From: Tetramitus jugosus
Taxonomy: Eukaryota; Protista; Heterolobosea
Direction: 5' to 3'
DNA length: 64,000 bases
NCBI GenBank assembly: GCA_937625935.1
Contig: OW569392.1
Span: 124,001-188,000, forward strand
Both the position numbers and the translations under genes were made by a program. Shown here in pieces: positions 10,116-23,900 of this stretch. Position 1 is the stretch's first letter. Every line of letters begins with the position of its first letter. The notes beneath the pieces are model-generated. The model had not been told where the DNA came from. It made no database searches and worked only from the letters and a program-made list of their open reading frames with translations.

Positions 10116-11420
10116 ATGGGCAGTCAATTTTCTTCACTTTCCACAAGTGATTCAGATATTGAAGCTGAAGTGAGTGCCACCATTAACTCCATCAAAAATA
10201 TCCGTGCTTCCCGCGCAATCACAATGACCTCCAACAGTTTATCTTGGCGCCAAGACCCTTTTTCCCCGAATTTCCCGAGTGAACTACAGTATTTGATTCT
10301 TGATTTTTATCATGTGGATCACACCAATCTTTTGCTTTTTCAGCTCATTTGCAAAGACAGTCGTGATCTACTGTTTCGATGGCTCACACTGCATCACCAG
10401 AAGCTTCCATGGTTCCTCTATGTGGACGCCTCACAGAACAACACTTACACTGGAACTCTAGGTAACATGTGGACTGATAACTACAACACATATGACATTT
10501 TCAATTACAAGACACATCAAATCATACGGTTGCTCATTGGTCTAATGTTCCCAGAAATTCTCTGCTCCAGGAGGTCCATCCAATGTATTGTGAGAGCTCT
10601 TCAACTCAATCCATTTGAACCAGAGCTAAACTCTAACTTGAAAACTTTTTATGCCAAATGGAAGCTTACAAACTGGGAAGAACAAGGCTTGATTCACTAC
10701 TTGAAGAATCATTTGCGTTTTTTGAGTGTGACGTATGTGTACTCTGCCAAGTCACTTGTTCATTATTCCTTTCAGAATCCGTTCAAGGAAATTATGGAAC
10801 ACTGCGTGCTGCTGTACTCTAAAAAAGACAGGAGAATAAGAATGATGGAAGTGTCTGTTCATTTCCAGCTGTTGCCGTCGTCGTCACAATCCAATGAAGA
10901 CGAGGAGAACAAGTCATCCATTCGGTTCTCCTTTGCTTGTCCAATGAGTTTTGATCAATCGGGACTTGTTGATCACTCCGTGTACAATTATGTAATATCT
11001 CTAGGTCAATATGTCTCTCATGATCCCAAGGAAAGAGACACGTCGATTTCAAGTGAAGAAAGCGATGACACTGTGGAACTGCCATACCCATACAACAACA
11101 ATGACGGCGCGAACACTTATAAGCTAAAGTTTATCTTGTACAATAATAGGCGACTGGGAATGAGTCTACAATACTTTGATAAGGGCAGTAGTCGATGGCA
11201 TAGATCTGAGCTAGATCCACTTCCGAGAATGAAGATCAAATCTCTGCATCATTTCGATCATTTGAAGATCTCACCAAGCTCAGAATCAAGTATCAACCTC
11301 AAATCAGTCACCTATGACTTTAATCTTGAGTTGCTAAACTCGCTAGACATATCCAATCGAATACTCTACCATGTGAATAATAGCACAACAAACAATACGA
11401 GCACAACAATAAATGAATAA
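10116..11420 (+). CDS. Hypothetical protein with an F-box-like motif
   Basis: 434-aa ORF; FPSELQYLILDF..LICK is F-box-like. Confidence 0.6.
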   Translation: MGSQFSSLSTSDSDIEAEVSATINSIKNIRASRAITMTSNSLSWRQDPFSPNFPSELQYLILDFYHVDHTNLLLFQLICKDSRDLLFRWLTLHHQKLPWFLYVDASQNNTYTGTLGNMWTDNYNTYDIFNYKTHQIIRLLIGLMFPEILCSRRSIQCIVRALQLNPFEPELNSNLKTFYAKWKLTNWEEQGLIHYLKNHLRFLSVTYVYSAKSLVHYSFQNPFKEIMEHCVLLYSKKDRRIRMMEVSVHFQLLPSSSQSNEDEENKSSIRFSFACPMSFDQSGLVDHSVYNYVISLGQYVSHDPKERDTSISSEESDDTVELPYPYNNNDGANTYKLKFILYNNRRLGMSLQYFDKGSSRWHRSELDPLPRMKIKSLHHFDHLKISPSSESSINLKSVTYDFNLELLNSLDISNRILYHVNNSTTNNTSTTINE

Positions 11421-11435
11421 TAGCAACGCATTTGT

Positions 11436-12761
11436 TTATGGTAAAGGGTTGTTACATGTTGCCAAAAACAAATCCATGCGATACACGACCATTAACCGCA
11501 ACATGATGAGCATCAACAGCTTGTCTCTATCATTCTCTGCAAATACACTAGTATCATTGTCACTCATTTGTCCCAATGTTCTTCCATTCAACTGAGAACT
11601 CAAAAACACTTGCCAAACACCGACTGGGTCCTTGATCGGATCAGAGAGCGCCAAGGAAACAATTTCTTCATCGCTAGGAATGTAGACCTCACCCTCAAAT
11701 GACTCGAGAATAATGTCTTCCAATTTTTGAATGTCTCTGTATCCCAAAATTCGATTCGTAAACTTTGCAGGGATGCACGAAGAGAACAAATTACCCATCA
11801 CAACAAACAAGGTCACATGTTCCATTGGTTCTGCCACTGTCTGTTCGTTGCTCGTCTTAAACAATGCCTTTTGCACTCTGAGTGTATATCTCTTGACCAA
11901 CAATGGATAACGCATGGCTCTATGAACTGCCTTTGCAATATTGGAGAGTGATCCAACCATGGTCACCTCACCAGAAATCATACTCTTGGATCGACCACCT
12001 CTCGATGCATTCAATGGTCCAGTGACCCATCCAGATGATGCTGGAGCAGCATGTTGATAAGCAAATGGAAGTCCATCCACTCCAACAAACATTTGCTTGT
12101 TGGCAGAGTCCTTGACTGCTTGTTCAGCACCTGGAATGTTACTTGCATTGACAAAACTGGACAAGTAGGATTCCATTCTACTGAGAGAGTTCACCTTGAT
12201 AAAAGGACTGTGCTTAACATCAGCTTCATGAAGCAATCGATAGGATCTTAGAATGGAACGCACACGACTCGTAATTTGAGGCTCTGTTAGCATTTGAACA
12301 GATGTGGACATGATGGCAACAGTTTCTTGTAGTGTGGCAAATCCCTTGGCCAATGATTCGTACTTTCTTGTCAATTTATCAATGGATTGTTGGAAGACTT
12401 GCATGTCTCTTTGTTCTAGGGTGGTGGTGGTGGTGGAGTCAATGGATTTTGGACCATCTTTTTTCATGGAGAAGATTTGGATCACAGGAGCATCTTTGTG
12501 ACTCGTTTTTTCAACAGCGATGTCGTCTTGGAAATTTTCTGGTGTAGCTTCTTCAGCAGCCAAAGCTTTTTTCGATTTTTTCGTAGTGGCGGATTTTTTG
12601 GCGCCAGTTGCGGCGGCGTAAAATTGCGGAGTAACTGTCGAGAAAAAGAGCGGTTGTTGTGGAAGACAAGCAATATGTTTGTTGGTTGATCCAGCGATTG
12701 TGCTGTTGAGCTGTTTTAAGGACAGGGATAGAGTACGCTGAGTGATTCTGGGGCGAAACAT
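11436..12761 (-). CDS. Hypothetical protein, predicted mitochondrial
   Basis: 441-aa ORF with an Arg/Ser-rich presequence-like N-terminus. Confidence 0.65.
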   Translation of the reverse strand: MFRPRITQRTLSLSLKQLNSTIAGSTNKHIACLPQQPLFFSTVTPQFYAAATGAKKSATTKKSKKALAAEEATPENFQDDIAVEKTSHKDAPVIQIFSMKKDGPKSIDSTTTTTLEQRDMQVFQQSIDKLTRKYESLAKGFATLQETVAIMSTSVQMLTEPQITSRVRSILRSYRLLHEADVKHSPFIKVNSLSRMESYLSSFVNASNIPGAEQAVKDSANKQMFVGVDGLPFAYQHAAPASSGWVTGPLNASRGGRSKSMISGEVTMVGSLSNIAKAVHRAMRYPLLVKRYTLRVQKALFKTSNEQTVAEPMEHVTLFVVMGNLFSSCIPAKFTNRILGYRDIQKLEDIILESFEGEVYIPSDEEIVSLALSDPIKDPVGVWQVFLSSQLNGRTLGQMSDNDTSVFAENDRDKLLMLIMLRLMVVYRMDLFLATCNNPLP

Positions 12762-13338
12762 TTACTTTCTTGGTGATGTGAAAAATTTGATTGTTGTGTT
12801 TCGAATTGTTTTCGTGTTTTGTGTTTGTCGCTGCATTTTTTTTGGTTCAACATCGCGGTTGAACATTCATTCAGCTGTTCCTAATAACCAATATTGGACA
12901 AGAGTCCTCCTGTCATTATTGGACGATAGTGACCCTTCTTGGGAGATATCACCTGGTGGATGCTAAACAAGATTTCTCCTTAGCTTAATGTTCGTTGGGC
13001 ATCGCATCTTTGTCACTCCATAGCTCTCCCACACAAAATCAAAGGAAGTCGCACGTCAATAACCAAGAGTATATTTATCTCATCTTATCCATACCGAAAG
13101 CTCAACCAATTATTTCGTATTCGCAAATTCTGCAAAATAGGGTCAGAGATCTTCGGCACCACCCTCCACCAACACAACCACTCCAACCTCATCCACACAC
13201 ACTCGGGCAAGGTGCAGTCAAGTGTTCTCACCACCCCAACAACTTCTTTCCTTTCTGTTGAACTAAAAACGTTTCAAACCGACTGACTGTTTATCTCTTC
13301 TGCTCTGGGGCTTCAAACACTAAGTTATTCTTTGTTGG

Positions 13339-14907
13339 ATGGTCAATTCGATCGGTATGAACCACCACCAACACCATCAAGATCATCTTGCTCAACAACA
13401 CACTTCTTCATCAGCAGCTTTTCAACAACAGCAGCAATACCAACGACAACCTTCATTTCAACTAGAGCTTTATCATCCGATAACGACAATTTCAGCTTCA
13501 GAAACCCCTGAGGCATCAAGCAGTAGCACTTTAATCAGCAGCATGTTGTCTTCTTCATCGAACAACAGTATCAACAATACTACCAACAGTAATCATCATT
13601 CATCACTTTTAGACATTGAAGATGACGATGATGATGATGAAGGTAGTAGCCCAGTTGAGCAATGGATTCAAACATCTCAACAGCAACAACAACAACATCA
13701 ACAATTAGATGAGAGTTGCATTCATTTTCAACAATTGCTTCAACAAGCAAATCCCTTGTTGATGTTAACAGATCAACAACAATTGATTCAGATGAGAACT
13801 CAGCAGCAATTGCAGTTACAGTTGCAAGTGCAAATGAATCGTGCTCAACAGGAACAAATTCTTGTGATGCAACAGCACATTGAAGCTCAAAAGAGTAAAA
13901 TTGAGCAGCTGCAGAAACAGTACGACCAAGTTCTTACTCATCAACAGCTGCTCAACATGCTCTTGTCATCACCTCAATCATTGAAATTGAACAACCAAAT
14001 GAGCAACAGTAGCAATGGTGCTTCTGATATGGTATGTCTTTCATTATTTTTCTGTGGAACATTTTTCATCGTAAGCTAAAACCCGCTCTTTTTGTTTCTC
14101 CGCGCATCTTTACAGCTCAACTCCAATTTCTTGTCTCAGCAGAACAGCAGATTGATCAACAATCAAAGCAATCGTCACCACCATGGCGGACTAGATAATC
14201 ACTACCTTGGTGTTTCATCGTCCTATCCTGCATCTCATCAAACCTCCCCTCACCACTTGGGTTCTTTCCTATCAGATATGATACCCAACAACAACCACAA
14301 CCACAACCACAACCACAACATTCATCACAACAATTCACCTCAGCTACATCAACAACATCACAACCCACAGCATCACCTCCAACATCAACAACATCAACAA
14401 CATCAATTCAATCCATCCTCACTTTCTTCTCCTGTTTCATCCAACAACACAGCTTCATCATCATCTTCACTTGAACAATATCCTCTTCACTCATCACAAA
14501 GACGACACTCTGTCGTTGTGGAGAGCGAAGAAGAGGTATTGACATCTCAAAAACAAAGTTCTTCTTCTGGTGGGTCTCTTGCCAGAAAGAGAAGGAGAAG
14601 CACAGAGTTGTTAAACAACAGTGACTCTCATTTGTCATCGTTTGAACAGTTGAGTAAACAACTGGAAAAACAGCAGCATCAAAAGAGAGGTAGTGCAAGC
14701 AGTATTGGTAGTAGTGATAGTATTGGTAGCAGGAGGGATTCTGTCTCTAGTAATCACAGCAGTGATCAACAAGAGGAGAGTGATGAAGCTCAATCGAGTA
14801 CTGCTGCCTCTGGAGAGAAAACCTTGGTGTGCAGAGGTCCAATCAAAAGAAAGAATAATAAGCCAAAAGCTTATGATTCATGCATGATGAAATGGATATT
14901 AAAGTAA
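13339..14907 (+). CDS. Low-complexity Q/H/S-rich protein with one intron (14032-14115)
   Basis: GTATGT...TACAG phase-0 intron joins the two ORFs in frame. Confidence 0.7.
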
Positions 14908-14933
14908 AGATATTAACTAATTTATTGTTCTAC

Positions 14934-17900
14934 TTAGAGCTTGTGTTTGTTCTTTTCATATGCTGACAAGAAGAGGAAAGCTGATAGAGCATGTGCGACC
15001 AGTAACTCATCGGGAAGCATGCGATAAGCTGCTAGCTTCGATGGGGAATCCCCATCTTCGAGCTCTAGGAAACTTAGACAAAGCTTCAATGATTCTTGTG
15101 GCTTCGTATGGCGTTCCTTTAGTTGATCCAGGATGTACTCTCGGAACACTGGGAGTAACTCATTGAGATCTTTCATTCTTGGTGCTTCTTGCTCTAATTT
15201 GGACTTGATGTCTTCTGGTAGTTCACTTCTATAAGCGACATCGACATCGCTGAATACGTCGGCTGTCAAGTGTTGCTCCAGTGTTGTCCAGGCTGAATCC
15301 AAATGCTTGAGTTTCAATTTCTTCGAAGTTTGATTAAACACCTGGAGAGCATCCTCAATCAACAGTGTATCAGTCAGGTAATCAATAATATAAATCTCAG
15401 CAGTGTTATCCTCTAGTTGCTCCAATGAACTACCTCCTGTTGTCTGTATGAAATTAATGGCCACTTCAATCATTCTGAAGCATTGAGAACATTTTTCAGT
15501 TGTATCGAAGCCTTGTGTCAATTCTCGTTTCGTGTGATCATCCAACTTTTCTTGTTGAACTCGCGCAGCCAATCTGCTTCTGGCATCCGTTTTTCTTAGG
15601 TCACCAACAAACTCGAAGAGTCTGATCTCTGCTTGAATAATTGGTTTTCCGTTGAATATCTGGTCTATCAAGTACTGCTCAAAGTAGTGAACATCATAAC
15701 TTATTGGATTACACTCTGAGAGTAGCAAGGGACGATTGCAATGATCCTTCAAAAATGGTACAATCTGCTTCTTGAGTGAATAACTCACGAGATTAGCTTT
15801 CGTTAGATCAATGCTGGATACTGTCTCGGTTGGATACTCTTCTCCAAGGGCCCGAACAGTGGATATCAGGTTTACAAACTCGTTATGAACAGTAAATAGA
15901 TGATCTATGAATGCCAAGCTGAACAAACACTCATCAGATTCGTTAGGAAGAATGAAGATCAATTTTGTGTCGTCTGTCATCTCAAAGTGATGCATGTTCG
16001 CTGGTATTTGAAGACATCCATAGTGTTTGACAAATTTCCAGCTGATGTTCCATGCCTTCTTGAATCGTTGCCACACATCATACACATCTTTTCTCTGAGA
16101 CTGAGGTAGCTCATTGATAATATCCATCACAGATTTCTCCTGTGCAAATTGCCTCGTTATTTTCTTGTTGAAGCGACTGAATACATGTGAGAACATCTGC
16201 AAGATGTCATGGATGTATCGCGTAGAATATAGTTGTTCTTGTTTCGAGGCAAATAATCGAGCTAGGGAGGCTTCTGATGGGTTCAATTCTGCCATTTTCA
16301 ATGCAAATCGATCAAAAGAGATGTGTTCATTGTGCATCCACACGCTGGATACATTTCTTTCCAACAGAATCTCAACAGCAACAGTATTATCACGCTCGTT
16401 ATTCTCGTGTTTCTTCATAAAATCCTCAATAGCCTCCGAAATAGAACTGTTTGAGTTAAACATATCATTCACGGCGTTCGAAAATCCATCTTCAAAGCCT
16501 TGCCTCTGTTGCTGAGTTTTCAGGAGCCTTGTTTGGTTTGTATCATTTTGTAAGAACTTGAGTAGTTCGAGGGCAGCGAGGTGCAAGATAATTGACGTGT
16601 GTTCAAAGTTTTGTTCCGTAATCTTTGATAACAAATTCCAGTCGTTCAGTAGATGATCTACAAAGAACTGAACAGAATCTGCGGGCTTCGGACTCTGCTC
16701 ATTGAACACATTTTTACAGCCTCCTGATAGTAAATTACCGATCAATAGAATAGCATGAAGCATAAATCGAAGTGTTCTTAGCTGTTTTGGCTTCAAGTTA
16801 CGTGCAATACACATCACATCCCCTTCAAGAGATACATCTTGAAGGCAATAGAGTTGTGATTGATCATCTCTAGTTCCTATCAACTTGTTGTCTGGAAGCA
16901 TTTTATGATCCGTTCCTCCAATGTCACTCTTACAGTAAGGACACTTTAATACTTCCATTGGCTTTCCACAATTGTCCACAAAGTATTGATGATTATTTGG
17001 ACATGTGTAGAAAGTGCCTCCAAGCAGTACATTTGCGATCATTTGCCTACAATCATCCGGCATGGCAGGTAAATATCCATCCCTAACAGATGGAGTTTTC
17101 ATGAGAAGTTTGTACAACAGTCCTCCTTCTGCCACTCCCAGCTGAAGAATCAATGCAACCCAATGAATCACACATCTCAATAACCACACATCATTAAGTG
17201 AAGATTGTTCATTCAAAACCAGGCTGCCATGAATTCGACTATTCATAAATAGCTTCAACAGAGGAAATAGTTCTTCGTTCAGCCAGTTGACTCTCGAATG
17301 TTGTTTCATCCAGTTTGTTATCACCTCAGTGTTGATAGAACTCGAATAAGCTCGCGCAATATACACTCCTTCCATAATCGAAATAAGTAAGTAGGCTTTC
17401 GTCTTTTGAATGTCTTGAGGATGGAGCATTATTTCATTCAGAAGTGTATCGTCATTCGTTAATAGAAGTGTGTCCACAGCTTCGACCACCTTATTCATAT
17501 CAGGATAAAGTGTTAGGAAAGGACTTGAACTTTCAACAACATTACTGCTGGATAATAATCTATGTATCTGTGGGTTGTCTGCAAACCAGTCCTTGAGACT
17601 CTGCATCTCTGAAATTGATGGAGAAGAAAGCATTTGCTTAGCGTACGACATTCCTCCATGTTTCACAAGCTCTCTCAAGAAGAATATGAGAGTATCATGA
17701 CTCTTGATCATAAAACGATCAGCAGCGCTAATCAAATCTTGATCAATCATTGACTCGGACGAGATATCAAGGAGCTGTTGAACCAGGCGAGAAATCACAA
17801 ATCTGGCATAGGCGATGGAGTACAGCGTCTCAAACAGATTGTCAACGTCTAATATCTTGTCCTGGGGGATGTTGTTCAAAGCAAGATCCAGTTTTTCTTT

Positions 17901-20900
17901 CGAAAGAATGGCTCGTTCCTCACAATAGTCCTCAAAGTTTTGACATATGCAAGTTGCTAGCCTGAATTCAACATTCCTATTGACACCATAATATCTCTTC
18001 AATTGTCTATTCAATTCCTTCTTGATCACATCAACGGATTGATTACTCATATACATTCTCAGCAATCTTCGTATGACAGAACTGATGAGAGAATCAGAGG
18101 TAATAAACGACATAGTCGGGTCCAAGTCTTGATCCTCACCAATATATTTAATAATATTTCGTATCAGATCGTCAGAGAGTTCAGAGTTGTCAATACTTAG
18201 ACAGTAGTCAACAAGAAATACTTCGACAATGCGACTCGAGTACTTTTTGAATTCTTCCTCCTTTGATTTGGCACATTCCACATCTTCTTGGAACTGATCT
18301 GAGCACTCGTCTATGTATTCTTCCAATGAGTCTCGATTTATCTCTTTTCTGCAATGGAAACATGTTGAGTCCTTACTGTTTTCTAAATATTTCACTGCAC
18401 AGTCGTAGCAAACAGACCGCTGACAGCACTTAGTGTTGACAGGTCTCTTTGGAATATCATAACAAATGTCGCATTCATACTCATCCCCATTTCTCGAGTG
18501 TTGTTGGTTAGTTGATCTTAGCAGTGTAATCATCGCTGACAGACTATTCGCATTTTGGAAGACGTCTTCCTCATTTACATTCAAGTCTTCCCAAAACTTG
18601 AGACAAATTGGTTGTGGAAGTTGTCCAGGGAGAGCCAATTCACGAATAAATTGCGAATAGAATAATATCTTCTTCCAAGACCGTGATAATTTCGTTCGTG
18701 CGAGTACGAGCGAATCTGTTTCGATGTCATCCTGGTTGTAAGATGAAGTAAGACCCATCCACTCACGACTCAGCACTAAATTCATGGCTGTTCGAATATT
18801 GGAAATTCGGTGGATCCAACTCTTAAAATCATCAATAGTTTCTAGGTCATTATCATTAGCAAACACCTTGGGGTTGAGGAGGGTTAAACACAATCGACAC
18901 AGTTCAGTATCAGCATAAAGGAGATTCTCACTATTAGACAATGCAAGAGCATATTCCTCTGCAATTTCAGGAACACAGGTTAATAAAGTATTAACCACAT
19001 GAAGCCGTTTTTCACATGCCCAAAATGCTGTCTGTACAGCAGGTATGGATAATACACTTTCTTCACCCAAGTAGAGTGTCAAAATCTGCAAAACGAGATC
19101 AATATTCAACGAAGATCGACCAAACATCATTTGATAGTCGCTCAAGTAATTAACTATTAGCTTTGGAGTCTGCGGTTCCAATAGAATGCTGTAGGACAGT
19201 TTCAATTGCTTTTCAATCGACTGTCTAACCAGGGTCGGATTGTTTGAATCTACACTGAACTTGGAAGACTCAATATATCGGCCAATACGATGAGAAAATG
19301 GGAATAACGCTTGTAGGTGACCACTCTTCTCGTCGTGTTTAACCTCGATGAAATTATGAGTCAAAAGTTGTTGATACGTCGCTTCGATAACTCTGACACG
19401 CGCAACAGATGGTAAAATCTGTAACCATAAATTCTTCTCTTGATAAGATCCATTGGCCAAGATTGCCAAGTTTCCATTGCGATCAATATGGGATATCAAA
19501 GAAGAGAACGTTAGGTAGCAGACCTTCTGAATATACTGATGCAGAGCAGAGCGGAATGTTCCACAAACATAGAGTTCCTTAACATTAGTCGCTACATTTA
19601 TGAACCATTGCTCATCTTGATCAAGTGCTTTAGAGTGCTTGACAAAATCAATAATGAGCGCACGAACAGAGTTGGAGAACCTGGTCTCAAAGTCTCCACG
19701 AGAGCGAAGCCACAACTTCAAAATTTTGACCTGTTGCTGAATCTGTTGCTTTGTTCGATTAGGATAAATAATTCTTGACAGTGCATGATGAATATTGTTA
19801 TACAAGACTCCAATAATATCAATCTTCTGTTCAATCACAACACTCAGGGAATTAGAGATCATGTCCGTTGTCGAAGGAAGATCTGTCTTGATTGTTCTTA
19901 CGTCATCAATGTAAACATATCTCCATCTCTTATCGAAGTCAAATGTGTAGACCACCTTTGTAGTTCTCATTATCATAATTACGAGAGCAATATGACGGAT
20001 ACGTCCATTAGTGCATTTGTTCTTCCTACTCTCTAGTTCGTACTGTGCAAATCGAATTCTACGGAGCGATGTACCATTTGGATCACACAATAGCACTAAT
20101 AACGCTTCTTCAGCTTCAGAGTTGAGGAATTCATCGCACGCTCGAGTCAAGTCTAGGGAACTTTGCATTTCGTGCAGTTGTAGGAAACAGAGGTCAATAC
20201 CTCTCTTTTGAGTCAGTGTTGCCAAGGAGGTTTCCAACTCGATATCAAGAGGAGAATGAGTATTCACCACGAGCTGAATACCAGTGTCTTTACAATCCAT
20301 TCCATGGTAGTTGTTTAGACATCTATCTAACAAAGAGTTCAAATCACTATGGACTTGTTTCTTAAAGTAATTGTCAATCAGATCAATATTACGAGTAGTC
20401 AACACAGACTCTGGTGTCATGGTATAGATGAGGCGATTGCATGCCAAATCGAATTGCTCGTTGTCCTCAACACCGTCTTCCGAAACATGGAACATGTCTA
20501 AATCAGCCAAAATATCGTTATCAGTGACACCGTCCATAGATTGGACGAGCGAAGTCAGTGTCGATCCATGGGAGCCAATAAATAGTTCATCAGAGTCTAA
20601 ACCTGAGTCGCTCTTGAGTTTCTCAACGAACTGAGAGAGTCGATTTACAAGATTTCGTTGCTCTTCTGTTAACAGATGATCTCTCAGTAACACTTGCTTT
20701 TCTAATCTGTTCAAGAATGGGGCTGAGAGTTTCTCTACATCCTTTAGTTCGGAGATGACAATAATTCGGAAGTTATCATGAACTGGACAGGTCACAGAAG
20801 AGCAGCCAAAAGCAAGTCTGGCATACTTCAAATTTTGAACCTGAACATAGTGTTGATTCAATAGATCATACAAACTTTCGTACAACGAATCCGCATGCAC

Positions 20901-23900
20901 CAAGACGACAATCCTTCCCGATGCCATTGCCAATTTGATTCGCTGCAAGTCCAAACTAATGTTAAAATTAGTCTTGTCAGCAGGGAAATCAGTACCAAAT
21001 ATTAACTCAACGTCAGATATGCTGTCCAAGATTTTAAAGTCAAACAAAAGATTCAACGCTGCATTATTTTGAGTCAGCAACATTAAGTGTCTTGCTTTCA
21101 AATCCTTTAGATTCTCTTCGATCAACAATCGATTGGAAGGTCTCTCTAGATGCATCAAATTCATACTCTTACTTGAGAATGTCTTGAGGATTTCTAGAGT
21201 TTCTTGTTCGTCCCTTCCTCCAAAATTTCTCATCACAGCATTCAATAGGATATCCGGAGTTAATCCATTTTTGACTCGTGCATCAATATATTTAACCAAG
21301 TAGTAGTATTCTCTTAAGCCAAAAAAGTTCTTCATTTTTTGGTTATCGTACACTTGTTGGTAAGAATCAGCCAGAGATTTTAGATTGTTTTTCAAGACCC
21401 TATTGCTAACTATTCCTTGAGCTGTCGACTCCAACTGGTCCCGTGTAGGAGGTGATCTCAACAAGAAGACTGCTCGATTCATCTTAGCTGCGTCTAAAGA
21501 GAAATTGCTGATAGCAACGGTGGCAATATCCTTTCTTTCAAGTTCTTGATGAAGCACCTTCAAAGGCATGAAAGGGCTCTGCTCAGCCAAGCCGATCTCA
21601 TCTAAAACAAGTACGACCAACGAATTCTTGGCATCTTTTGCATATGTACCAGCTGACCTGAACGACTTCTCAATACCACTAGCTGTGGACAATGGAGAAC
21701 ATTGATGCGTAAATACATCAAACGAGGGCAGGTTTTTCAAAAAATCATCTGCGGATGACTTTCCCTTCATGGCTTTTGCGATTAGATCAATGGCCAGAGA
21801 TTTGGATGCACCTGGCAAACCAATAATGAAGATGGGAATTCGATTAATTGCTGATGTTACGATCATGAATACATTCTCACATAGGGCTTCATTGAGTGCG
21901 ATACCGGAACCTGGATTCATTTTTTCAGTAAGTTCTTTCTGCTCTGCAGCTAAGAGAGCTTCGAACTTTTGAGGTGAAAGATACCATCGCGCGCCGTGTT
22001 GTGCGGATTTACCTCCAATATACTGAAGGTACGAGCTTCTATCCTTTCTTGATAATCGCGTATAATATACATGGCCTAATGTCAGGATGATCAAACGTGC
22101 AACCCTGGCATTACAATCACGCTCTCGGATTACACCGTTTTGTAAATCAATAATGCTTTCAACAGGTCTCATCAGATCAAACCATTTAAATAATCGAACT
22201 GCTCGATCAATATCTCTCAATGAAACACTCGAAATCTCTTTGGTAATGTCTCGAATGAATGACTGACTCGAAAAGAGCATCTCAGTCACAAAGTGAATCA
22301 CAATATTAGTCATAGATGGTGCGTTCGCTGAAGTATTTAATCCTTTTCGCAACATTGAATTGACATAATGGCACTCGGTCGCATTATCAATTTGACCAAA
22401 GTCGAAAAGACTCTCTGCGAAGGTATCAGGAATTGGGAATACACGATATGCGAGAGATTCTAATGGATCAGGTAACGATTGCACTGCTGCATGTTTGAAT
22501 ATTAATCCAGCCTCCTCGGTGATGGGTGCTTGCCTCTTCCTGTAAGGATTCAAGGCACAAACAATCTTGATATTTGGTGGTAAGACTACTCCATCCATAA
22601 ATCGATCACATACAATTTCCTTAATGGCACCCAGGGAATTGGTAGTGTTGACTTCATCCAAGAACACAACAAACGTGGCTTCTTGAGCCAGCATGGCCTT
22701 CTCCTTCACACCACGAACAAACTGGAAGATATCCTCATCGGAATGACCACCATGTATGACAATCTTTGATAGATTATATTCGAGCACTCGACAGAGATAT
22801 TGAACCAAAAAACTCTTGCCACATCCTGTTTCTCCAGTGATGATGACTGGTAAACCTCTCTCGAATCTCATCACGATTGCAAACATTTTCATCAAATTGT
22901 CTTCTGTCAGAACATAGTCAGTGTTCTGCAAGACTTCTCTGATCATCAAGTTTGAAAACTCGCGCATTCCCTCATCCATTCCGGACATTTGTCCGGCGAC
23001 CATTTTCAGCTTTTCTAAACATTTTGCTTCAGTTTCCAGTTGACCAATTTGCAATACGCTCTGATGAAAATTGAATTTGAGATCTATACCATTCTGTTGA
23101 ACCATATCCTGCAGTGGCTTGGGCATGAATCGATCAATTAAAGATGGATCAAGTGATATTAAGTTCAATCCACATGTTTCATAATCCATTGATTCAATAA
23201 ATACCAAGACTGGATGTTTGGATTCATTCCATTTCTTCAGAGTTTTAAATCGTTCAGTATATTCCTCGAGACTAGGGTCATGAGAGAAATTTAGTGCAAT
23301 TTGTCGCACGGCAAAATCTCTTGCAGTTTCAAGAATAATTTGAATGATGATAGTTTTGATTTCTCTCCAGTCTGGATCTTCACATAAGAAATTCAGGAAT
23401 GAAAAACTTCTCAGGCTCTTAAATTGAGGATATGTAAATTTCACAAAATTGTTCAGCAAAGCAAATGAGGGTTGTTGAGTTTGAGAAGCACTCACTAATG
23501 TTTCATAGCACTGATGAGGAGGAATATCCGGGACTGAATCAGGATCCCAACTCTTTTGCAACCCAGCATCAGAGAATACTCCCTGCTTGTATGCGTCGAG
23601 ATGTTTGCAGACGAATTGCAACTGGAAATTCTTGCGTTGTTCAACCTTGGACAAATTATGAGGTACAGAGTATGTATAGATATCCATGCACTGAGGTGAG
23701 ACAATAATACTTCTTGAAGGAAGCGAATCACACAATGTTAAGACTTGTTTCAGGCATCTATTGCCTGGAGTATTGGGAACTTCAACATAGAATGAATCTT
23801 CGGCTGACTTGTGATAGACTCTTCCCGTTACCCTGTCTTGGAGAGTACCTACTATTAACAACTCAAATAACACATAGTTTGCCATTTTGGATACTGAAGG

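Noticed and set aside
13339-14907. CAA/CAC microsatellite-like tracts as non-coding repeats
   Set aside because: They encode poly-Q/H/N tracts typical of this genome.
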